Origin: a virus
IMG/VR virus record: IMGVR_UViG_3300023184_000039
Span: 1 to 64,000 of that record
Strand: one strand, 5' to 3'
DNA: 64,000 nt
Of this stretch, positions 28,510 through 36,165 are shown piece after piece; position 1 is the first letter of the stretch; each line of letters opens with the position of its first letter. A program made the translations under genes and the position numbers. The notes beneath the pieces were generated by a model. That model had not been told where the DNA came from and did not search any database. It saw only the letters and a program-made list of their open reading frames with translations.

Positions 28510-29241
28510 TTATTTAAAAGATGGCGGAAAGTGTGGTGGGAAAAACGGGGGAAAAAACGGGGGAAAGAATGGAGGAAAGTGTGGAGGGAAGAATGGCGGA
28601 AAGAACGGTGGGAAGTGTGGGGGGAAAAACGGCGGGAAAAACGGCGGGAAGTGTGGTGGGAAGAACGGAGGAAAGAACGGAGGAGCAACTGGGGTAACTG
28701 AGTTTGATGCTGCCGATGTTGCCGTACCGTATGCCGTAGAAGCCGTGACGGTGAATGTATAAGCCTGGCCGTTAGTAAGACCCGTAATACTGATTGGCGA
28801 TGCCCCAGTGCCTGTGAGCCCGCCTGGTGACGACGTGGCAGTATATGTTGCAGACCCTGCTGTTCCGGTGGAGTTGGCAGTGTATGCAACGGTTGCCGTG
28901 GTGTTTCCTGCACTAGCAGAACCAATGGTTGGTGCTGTTGGTCCAACACCCATTACGAGCGATGGGCTTGCAGATGAAGCAGCAGACTCAACACCGCTTG
29001 AAGAAATTGCAACAACAGTGAAGGTTCTTGTTGTTCCTGCCGTCATTCCGGTTACGGTAATTGGGCTAGATGCACCAGTTGCTGTTTGTCCTGAATCGGA
29101 AGTTGCTCTATAGGTAAGGGTACCTTTACCTGTATACGCAGGGGCGGTAAAGAATACATCGGCAGAAGTTCCAGATTTAAGCGTGGGTGTACCAATGGTC
29201 GGTACACCTGGAATTTTCCCGCCTGAATCCTTTGTTGCCAT
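28510..29241 (-). CDS. Tandem-Fn3 protein with C-terminal (PPxF)14 tract (candidate fibre-tip adhesin)
   Basis: Two Fn3 repeats (SPITVTGMTAG..TFTV; SPISITGLTNGQAYTFTV) followed by 14 PPFF/PPHF/PPSF units; directly downstream of a fibre gene. Confidence 0.85.
   Translation of the reverse strand: MATKDSGGKIPGVPTIGTPTLKSGTSADVFFTAPAYTGKGTLTYRATSDSGQTATGASSPITVTGMTAGTTRTFTVVAISSSGVESAASSASPSLVMGVGPTAPTIGSASAGNTTATVAYTANSTGTAGSATYTATSSPGGLTGTGASPISITGLTNGQAYTFTVTASTAYGTATSAASNSVTPVAPPFFPPFFPPHFPPFFPPFFPPHFPPFFPPFFPPHFPPFFPPFFPPFFPPHFPPSFK
28516..28683 (-). repeat. Codon-diversified 12-bp repeat, 14 units, encoding PPxF
   Basis: Read directly; synonymous variation in Pro and Phe codons; higher-order period PPFF-PPFF-PPHF. 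Confidence 0.95.
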
Positions 29242-29244
29242 AAG

Positions 29245-31737
29245 TTATGCCGAAATGTCTCCCACCAATACCCATGTATCGGTTGCTCTCTTCACGAGAG
29301 TAGCATATGACCACTGTGTTCTCATCTTGAGCCCTGGGGCAGCGTTGATTGTCACCCCCGCACCAGCGGTGACCGTTGTTTGGCCAGCACCGGTTTGAAG
29401 GATGTTTATCTGCGAGCCAATCGCATAGGCAACAGACGCGTTTGGGGGCACTGTGAGCGTATTTGCCGTAGCGACACCCATTTCCACAATCTTGTTTTTG
29501 TCAGCCAATACAAGCGTATAGGAGGCTGTCTGGGCACTTGTTGAAACGTCGGCCAACTTACCAAGGTCAATTGCGGCAGTTGTTGAAATATCGGCATTAG
29601 CGATAGTTCCGTCAAGAATCATCGTACTTGTTACTGTGCCTGATGGGAGAGTTACCGTACCAGTGAATGTTGGTGATGCCAATTTGGCATAACCCTGACC
29701 CACGACATATGCGGTGGTTGCAATTTGCGTAGTGTTTGTATCAACAGCGGCAGTAGTTGATAGTGGTGTTCCTGTAAAAGTCGGTGAAGCAAGAGGTGCT
29801 TTCAGGCCGATACTTGTTGTCAGTGTTGTGGAAAGGTTTGCATCGTTTCCAAGTGCAGTAGCAATTTCCCCAAGAGTATCCAGCGTTGCGCCAGCAGTTC
29901 CGACGAGTGCTGCGACTTCTGCACGAACAAATGCCGTAGTAGCAACTTGCGTTGTATTCGTTGATGTTGCTGCTGTTGGTGCAGTTGGGGTTCCAGTCAG
30001 TGCTGGTGAAGCAAGTGGAGCAAAACCAGAAATTGAAGCACCAGAAGGAATTGTTACTGTGCCCGTAAAAGTTGGGCTTGCAAGATTCGCTTTCAGGTTA
30101 TCCGCCGTAGTAACAAAAGCGGTAGTAGCCACGGCGGTTGTGCTATTAGCAGCAGTTTGGGTGGTAGCAATGGTTCCTGTTGGAAGTGTTGGGGTTCCCG
30201 TGAAGGTGGGTGAAGCAAGTAATGCATAACCAGCAGCGTTCACCCATGCTGTACCGTTCCACTTAAGTAAATCACCACTGGTTGGAGTTGGTGCGGTTAC
30301 ATCGGAAAGGTCATCAAGTTGGTCAACCGTTGCGACACCCGCCGATACTGCTGCATCAACATATGCCGTAGTAGCAACTTGTGTTGTATTAGTAAGAGCA
30401 GAAGCGGTTGGTGCAGTTGGGGTTCCAGTCAGTGCTGGAGAAGCCAACGGCGCAAAACCCGAAATGGAAGCGCCAGAAGGAATTGTTACAGTTCCTGTGA
30501 ATGTCGGTGAAGCAAGGTTTGCTTTGAGGTCAAGCGCGGTCTGTGTTGCCGTAGAAATTGGCTTGTTTGCATCGGAAACATTATCAACAAGGTTCAAACC
30601 GACCATTGATGCCGTAATACCACTGACGGTTCCAGTGAAGGTCGGGCTGGCGATTGGTGCGGCATCGGTTATTCCAAAACCGCTTAGTGTTGTTGGATTT
30701 GTTCCACCAGTTACGCGGCCATAAGTATCTACTGTTACGGACTTGTATGTGCCAGTACTGGATACACCGCTTGCTAGGTCAATCGAATCTGCATTAACGA
30801 CAATTCTGCCAGATGATGCAGTTGCAACATTGACAGTATTACCACTAAACGAAAGTCCGTCGCCAGCAACAAATGTTGATGTACCAGTAAATTGGGTAAA
30901 TGTGATTGCGTCCGTATTTACGATGTGTGCATCGCCTGTTCCTGTTCCAGACGATGAAACAACAAATCCTTGTCCAGCATTTGTTGCGCCGTTTACAACA
31001 TAAACAGCCTCGCCTGAAGAAATTACGCCTACGCCGGCGCTTGAATCAAAGTCCGAGACTCTAGTGAGAACAAATGGAACGCTTACTGAGCCTTGGTTGG
31101 TTACTACATAGATTCCATTTTGAACACCAGATGCTTGGTTCTTTACAAGTACGCGCTGATTGGTAGTGGTGTTAATGCCATCAATCTGCAATCTTGCATT
31201 TGATGTTCCAGTCAATGTTGCACCAACACCAGCCGTTCCATTGCTGTATGTTGGCGTATACGGAAGAGCTGCAGTTGTGGCTTGATTAACCGAATCATGC
31301 CAGTTGAGACCAGAAGATGTTGCTTCAACATAGGCTCTTGTTGCTATAACCGAAGTGTTGACAGCAACCGTAGGTGATGCTTCTTCTCCAGAGTTGTTGG
31401 AAAGGGTAATTCCAGTTCCAGCCGTAAGTGATGCAACATAACTACCAACAGTGTCTGTCGCAAGGTTTACGGCATCATTAATCCAAGCCGTGCCGTTCCA
31501 ACGAAGGAAGTCTCCGTTGGCAGCACTAGTGATGGTGACATCTTTGAGGTCGTTGAGGTTTCCTTCACTCAATTCTGCCGTGATTGAGTAAGGCAGGGCA
31601 GTCCATGCATTGGTGTTGTTGCCAATCTTGAATTTGCCAGTGTCTGTTTCATAACCTAATTCACCAGTGGTGAGGGTTGGGTTGTTTGATGTCCAGTTGG
31701 CTGCTGTATCTCTTCTAAACCTAATTCGTGTTGACAT
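29245..31737 (-). CDS. Long tail fibre protein (module B) with Mtd_N-like N-terminus
   Basis: RIRFRRDTAANWTSNNPTL..GELGYETDTGKFKIG N-terminus; ASPTFTG repeats; internal duplication; C-terminal domain paralogous to 11010..12284. Confidence 0.85.
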   Translation of the reverse strand: MSTRIRFRRDTAANWTSNNPTLTTGELGYETDTGKFKIGNNTNAWTALPYSITAELSEGNLNDLKDVTITSAANGDFLRWNGTAWINDAVNLATDTVGSYVASLTAGTGITLSNNSGEEASPTVAVNTSVIATRAYVEATSSGLNWHDSVNQATTAALPYTPTYSNGTAGVGATLTGTSNARLQIDGINTTTNQRVLVKNQASGVQNGIYVVTNQGSVSVPFVLTRVSDFDSSAGVGVISSGEAVYVVNGATNAGQGFVVSSSGTGTGDAHIVNTDAITFTQFTGTSTFVAGDGLSFSGNTVNVATASSGRIVVNADSIDLASGVSSTGTYKSVTVDTYGRVTGGTNPTTLSGFGITDAAPIASPTFTGTVSGITASMVGLNLVDNVSDANKPISTATQTALDLKANLASPTFTGTVTIPSGASISGFAPLASPALTGTPTAPTASALTNTTQVATTAYVDAAVSAGVATVDQLDDLSDVTAPTPTSGDLLKWNGTAWVNAAGYALLASPTFTGTPTLPTGTIATTQTAANSTTAVATTAFVTTADNLKANLASPTFTGTVTIPSGASISGFAPLASPALTGTPTAPTAATSTNTTQVATTAFVRAEVAALVGTAGATLDTLGEIATALGNDANLSTTLTTSIGLKAPLASPTFTGTPLSTTAAVDTNTTQIATTAYVVGQGYAKLASPTFTGTVTLPSGTVTSTMILDGTIANADISTTAAIDLGKLADVSTSAQTASYTLVLADKNKIVEMGVATANTLTVPPNASVAYAIGSQINILQTGAGQTTVTAGAGVTINAAPGLKMRTQWSYATLVKRATDTWVLVGDISA

Positions 31738-31738
31738 A

Positions 31739-32161
31739 TTAAGCAGCGCCCCCATCTAGAACGTCACCGGCTCCATCGTAAATAGCGGTAGCACTTCCAC
31801 CATCAAGCGATGTTGGCACGGTTGTTACGGGGTTCCACGTTGAGTTTGACCTAAAGTAAAGTGCATCATTGGTTGTGTCAACGGCTAGAGCGCCGTTAGC
31901 AATTGATGTACTCGGTGCACCTGCGGTCGTAAGTGTTACTACGCCGGCAGCAGCCTGGAATACGTCATCTGTTTTGAGTGTATCAGCAGCGCTTCTATAA
32001 AGCGTTGTGTCTCCAACAGCAGCACCACTACCAAAAGTAAGTTTTCCACCAGCATCAACTTTTAGACGGGGTTCATCTTCAGCGGTTACGCCGACCTCAA
32101 CAGCAGAGGATGCCGCAGTAGCGAACTTGCGTGCTTTTATTTTGTCTAAAAATGCTGGCAT
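31739..32161 (-). CDS. Virion structural / fibre-associated protein
   Basis: DTTLYRSAADTLKTDD motif; GALAVDTTND.LYFR; located in the fibre cluster. Confidence 0.65.
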   Translation of the reverse strand: MPAFLDKIKARKFATAASSAVEVGVTAEDEPRLKVDAGGKLTFGSGAAVGDTTLYRSAADTLKTDDVFQAAAGVVTLTTAGAPSTSIANGALAVDTTNDALYFRSNSTWNPVTTVPTSLDGGSATAIYDGAGDVLDGGAA

Positions 32162-32205
32162 TGGCCTCGACCTTACCGATTATGAACCCCTCAGGGTTGT
32201 TTGGA

Positions 32206-33792
32206 TTATCCTATGATTACGACTCTGTACTGACTTGCTGATGGTGCAACACTGAATGACAGTGTCAAAGTATCCGCGGTTGTCAATTCTACATCAGTGA
32301 ACACCTGAGCGTATGGTGATGCTACTTCAAACAGTTGAACCTGCAAGTCACGGGTGTTGAGGTTGTGGGTAACAACAATTGATGTTGCCGAACCGTTACC
32401 GACGCTTGCAGATACCTTGGTTGTTGCACCGAGGTTGCTTCGGGCACCAGCGGCGGTTGTAGCACCAGTACCACCATTGGCTAGTGGAACCGAAGTGACG
32501 AAGGAAAGGTCACCAGCGCCGTTTGTGGAAAGAACCGCACCAGCGGCACCGTCGGCACCAACTGCAGAGATGATTGACGCTTCTGTCGTTCCAACAATCG
32601 TTGTGAAGTCAAGGACGCCAGAACCATTTGTTGTAATTGCTTGACCAGCGGTTCCGTCACCACCAGCGGCAGCAATTACTGCAGCAGCGGTTACTTGGGC
32701 GGCGGCAGTGTTGGTCGTGACGATGGCGTAATAGTTCGTACCATCATTAGTGGTTTCCCACTTATCGGTGGCTTCGTTCCAACGCAACACAACATTTGTT
32801 GATGTTCCACGCTCAATCTCGATACCAGCATTTGCTGACGGAGTGCCAGCCTCACCCGAGTTAAGGGTGATGATGTTATCTTCAAGCAGAATTTCGTTTG
32901 TATTAACCGTTGTGGTGGTTCCACTAACTGTCAAGTTTCCAGAAACCACCAAGTCATTGAAGGTTACGTTGCTTCCGGTTCCAACAGCCTGACCAATTGC
33001 AATGGTTGGGGTTGCACCCTCACCAGAGTTGTTGGTGATTGTTACACCAGTACCAGCAACAAGCGACTCTACGTAACTTCCACTTGTGTCCGTTCCGAGT
33101 GCTACCGAGTTGGCGGCAATGGTTGTGACGATGTTGATTGCGGCAGAACCATCAAAGTTTGCAGTACCAGTTACATCACCCGAAACCTGAATTGCTCGTG
33201 GTGTGGCAAGAGTTGTTGCAGTTGACGCATTGCCGGACAAAGCGGCGGTGATTGTTCCAGCAGCAAAGTTGCCAGAAGCATCACGGGCAACGATTGTGCT
33301 GTTGCCAGCAGTCGCTGTTGCCGTGGTTGCTGAGTTGGAAACTTTACCAGCAGTTGAAATTGTGGCAAGTTTGCTATCAACGATTCCTGCAGAGGAACTA
33401 ATGTCAGCGTTGACAATGGTGCCATCAAGAATCATCGCCGATGTGACGGTGCCAGAAGGCAGGGTTACGGTACCAGTGAAGGTTGGCGAAGCAAGAGGTG
33501 CTTTGGCATCCAATTGCGTCTGAATTGCAGAAGTTACACCGTCTACATAGTTGAGTTCTGTGGCACTTACATTGGTGCCCGAAAGAATGTTTATTTCGGC
33601 TGCGGTTGCAGTAACGCCACTGAGTGCGGAAGACTCCCACATCGTGCCATTCCATACCTTAAGGGCGTTTTCTACGGTATCAAAGTAAACCTGACCAGCA
33701 ACTGGGCTAGATGGAGCAGTGGCAAGGTTCTGAATTACCGCATTCTGTAATTCATTCTTGTTAAGATTTAAGTTATTTAAATGCTTGGCCAT
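32206..33792 (-). CDS. Tail fibre protein
   Basis: Ala/Thr/Gly-rich; GQVYFDT, TELNYVDGVTS.IQTQLD, GNLTVSGTTTTVN, GIEIERG and C-terminal THNL domain. Confidence 0.8.
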   Translation of the reverse strand: MAKHLNNLNLNKNELQNAVIQNLATAPSSPVAGQVYFDTVENALKVWNGTMWESSALSGVTATAAEINILSGTNVSATELNYVDGVTSAIQTQLDAKAPLASPTFTGTVTLPSGTVTSAMILDGTIVNADISSSAGIVDSKLATISTAGKVSNSATTATATAGNSTIVARDASGNFAAGTITAALSGNASTATTLATPRAIQVSGDVTGTANFDGSAAINIVTTIAANSVALGTDTSGSYVESLVAGTGVTITNNSGEGATPTIAIGQAVGTGSNVTFNDLVVSGNLTVSGTTTTVNTNEILLEDNIITLNSGEAGTPSANAGIEIERGTSTNVVLRWNEATDKWETTNDGTNYYAIVTTNTAAAQVTAAAVIAAAGGDGTAGQAITTNGSGVLDFTTIVGTTEASIISAVGADGAAGAVLSTNGAGDLSFVTSVPLANGGTGATTAAGARSNLGATTKVSASVGNGSATSIVVTHNLNTRDLQVQLFEVASPYAQVFTDVELTTADTLTLSFSVAPSASQYRVVIIG

Positions 33793-33810
33793 GTTTTTTT
33801 GTTCTTTCTT

Positions 33811-34266
33811 TTATGAAATGTATGCTTTTCCGCTAAAGGCACTTGAGAAGTTTATCACTAGTTCGTTATCTGATGAATGAACAATGTCGCCTATGACGAC
33901 ATTTTCTCCGCTGTCAATAACCGAGACACCACCTGGGCGATAACCGAGGTTATGTGTAACCGTCCATGCCGCTGAAGCACTTGCCTGCGTAAAGGTGAAA
34001 GTGGTTGCTTTGTTGACCCATGCCGAACCGTTGTATACCAATCCCTGACCAGAACTGGCACTAGTGATTGTTACGTCGCCAAGGTCATTAAGTGTGGATG
34101 AGGCTGCGGTCGTGAAGTAATAAAGAGCGCTCCATACAGATGTTCCGTCGCCAATTTTAAATTTCCCAGTGTCGGTTTCAAATCCAGCCTCACCAGCGAA
34201 AAGAATTGGGTTGGCAGCAGTCCATTGAGCCGCAGTTGAGCGCCTGAGTTTAATTCTGTATGACAT
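33811..34266 (-). CDS. Short fibre-associated protein (Mtd_N-like plus C-terminal THNLG domain)
   Basis: RIKLRRSTAAQWTAANPIL.AGEAGFETDTGKFKIGDG; start reassigned to ATG 34266. Confidence 0.75.
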   Translation of the reverse strand: MSYRIKLRRSTAAQWTAANPILFAGEAGFETDTGKFKIGDGTSVWSALYYFTTAASSTLNDLGDVTITSASSGQGLVYNGSAWVNKATTFTFTQASASAAWTVTHNLGYRPGGVSVIDSGENVVIGDIVHSSDNELVINFSSAFSGKAYIS

Positions 34267-34351
34267 CGCACCGTCTTTGCTAGTTGTATCCGAATACCAA
34301 CTTCGTTCTATTATGACATATGAGAAGGTTTGTTGTGGTAGGATTTTTACC

Positions 34352-34852
34352 ATGGCAACAAAAAAGAAGGTAACAGTAAAAAAAGCTGTAAATCCCAAGA
34401 AAAAGGCATCTGCCAAAGTCGTTACCCCTGTTTTGCTTGACCACCCAGATGACGATTTCTCAACAAATAGTGCAAAGTTTGCATTTAGTCACTCTGTTCA
34501 CGAAGATGGTGAGCCAGAACGAATATTGCCTATTGTTGAGCAATTGCAAGAAGAACCGATTGCAGAAGAAGTCATTGAGATATCCGTAGAGGAAGATGCC
34601 CCAACTGGTGGTGTTCACCATGTTGTTGCTACCCCCAATATTGAGCCAGCACGAGGTTCAGAATCTACCGAATTTTATGTTGATTATGGAATTTCCTTAG
34701 AATTAGCAAAATCAATTGCCGAAAAATTTGGAATCCACTACAAGCAAGTTGACATTGTACTTAGTGGGTCGGGCGAAGAAATTGAAATAAGTTTTGGCAG
34801 AATTTACCTGAGTGGAGAAGATGTCGCAAGGTTGTCAATAGGTTCGCAATAA
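34352..34852 (+). CDS. Hypothetical protein (Lys-rich N-terminus, acidic body)
   Basis: ATG 34352 after AGGA; fills the gap between minus-strand genes exactly. Confidence 0.6.
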   Translation: MATKKKVTVKKAVNPKKKASAKVVTPVLLDHPDDDFSTNSAKFAFSHSVHEDGEPERILPIVEQLQEEPIAEEVIEISVEEDAPTGGVHHVVATPNIEPARGSESTEFYVDYGISLELAKSIAEKFGIHYKQVDIVLSGSGEEIEISFGRIYLSGEDVARLSIGSQ

Positions 34853-34862
34853 AGCGCTTCTA

Positions 34863-35432
34863 TTAGGAGACGTAAACCTTCCCAGAAAAAGCAGTTGAAA
34901 AACTCACGGTAAATTGATTGATACTTGTGTGTGTTATATCACCAACCACTATGGACTCGCCACTGTCAATAACCGATATACCACCAGCAAAATAGCCAAG
35001 ATTATGGTTTACTGTCCACACCGATGCTGCTGCTGATTGATAATGAACATACGAACTACCAGCCGCCCCAGTTGCACCCTTGTCACCAGCTAGGTGAATG
35101 TTCCAGCTAGCAAAGAAACTGCTCCCACCAAAGCTGTCGCAGGTCATAGTCATGGTGGTTCCAGAGATTGTGACTATTCCCTCCATGTAGTTGGCTGGGT
35201 TAACGGCAGATGCTCTTACTCTGGCGCCAGTAGCAAATGCACTGGATGCCGTACTCAGTGTAAAAACCTTTGTTCCAGCACCAATGCTAAGACTTGTTGT
35301 GGATGTGACGCCACTATACCCAGCACCATCGGCGCCAGTTTTTGCAGTTCTAACCTGAAGTAAATTCGGCGAGTCCTGATTAATAAAAACTTGGTTGGCA
35401 GTGTCGGTAAGAACGGAAACTATTTCAGGCAT
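34863..35432 (-). CDS. Virion structural / fibre-associated protein
   Basis: C-terminal domain paralogous to that of 33811..34266; short Gly-X-Y segments. Confidence 0.7.
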   Translation of the reverse strand: MPEIVSVLTDTANQVFINQDSPNLLQVRTAKTGADGAGYSGVTSTTSLSIGAGTKVFTLSTASSAFATGARVRASAVNPANYMEGIVTISGTTMTMTCDSFGGSSFFASWNIHLAGDKGATGAAGSSYVHYQSAAASVWTVNHNLGYFAGGISVIDSGESIVVGDITHTSINQFTVSFSTAFSGKVYVS

Positions 35433-35463
35433 GGTTCAATCCTTTCGGTTAAATAGTTCTTTG

Positions 35464-35844
35464 TCATCGAGTCACCTCTAGCGATAATGTAACGGTCCCT
35501 TGAAGAAGCCTGCTCACAGCACCCGTTGAGGTTTTTATAATCTCAAGGTCGTAAACCCCGCTACTAGTGAGCGATGAGGTCAGCGTGTCTGTTATGTTGA
35601 TGCTTATTGCATTGTTTGCACCATCCATAACGGTTATTCCGTTACCACTGACGGTTGGGCTTGTGAGCGAAAGCATCGCCGTTGGAGAGTCAATTGTTCT
35701 TCGTATCTGCATTCGTGCCGTATACCCAGTCAGATTGAATGGGTCAAATTGGGTTGGGTCAAGAACATCTGGCTCCATCACATCAATAAGTCGATAGAAG
35801 GTTGTCCCCTGCTCTATCAATATGTTGTAAATTCCAGCAATCAT
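35464..35844 (-). CDS. Baseplate/fibre attachment protein (Ig-like, BppU/LtfC-like)
   Basis: I.IEQGTTF...NLTGYTARMQIR...GVYDLEI...V.RLLQG.VT...EVTR pattern typical of phage fibre anchors. Confidence 0.7.
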   Translation of the reverse strand: MIAGIYNILIEQGTTFYRLIDVMEPDVLDPTQFDPFNLTGYTARMQIRRTIDSPTAMLSLTSPTVSGNGITVMDGANNAISINITDTLTSSLTSSGVYDLEIIKTSTGAVSRLLQGTVTLSLEVTR

Positions 35845-35912
35845 GGACAGACTCTCCTAGGTAGATGCCTATTAGAGTTTAGGCTATTGGCTTCAAGTAA
35901 AACGGAACCTCT

Positions 35913-36128
35913 TTAAAGAACTGAACCAGAATCCTTGTTTGGTCCAACCTTCTTGAGACCCATTGCCATAGCAATTGAACCAGCAACAGCAACAACACCA
36001 ATTTTTAGATTTGCCGTATTTGTCAAACCATCAAAATTAGAACCGCCAACCACCCATGCCGCAAGATACGCCTGCACGAATGTTTTAACTGCACGCTCTG
36101 CTGTGTCCTTAATGAATTTTGTGCTCAT
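35913..36128 (-). CDS. Holin (r1t-like)
   Basis: KDTAERAVKTFVQA signature plus two TM segments. Confidence 0.8.
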   Translation of the reverse strand: MSTKFIKDTAERAVKTFVQAYLAAWVVGGSNFDGLTNTANLKIGVVAVAGSIAMAMGLKKVGPNKDSGSVL

Positions 36129-36165
36129 TTTTTCTCCTATATTTGGGATGTCCCAATAATATCAT

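Noticed and set aside
28487-28762. ORF with GGKCGGKNGGKN repeats, plus the WWEKRGKK and SSHH alternative-frame ORFs here and at 12552..12839
   Set aside because: These are shadow frames of the PPxF repeats. Synonymous variation preserves PPxF, and only that frame is fused to Fn3 domains in both copies.
11010-31737. Invertase-driven fibre-switching cassette (Mu G-segment type)
   Set aside because: No site-specific recombinase gene or discrete inverted recombination sites were seen, and each fibre has its own complete N-terminus.
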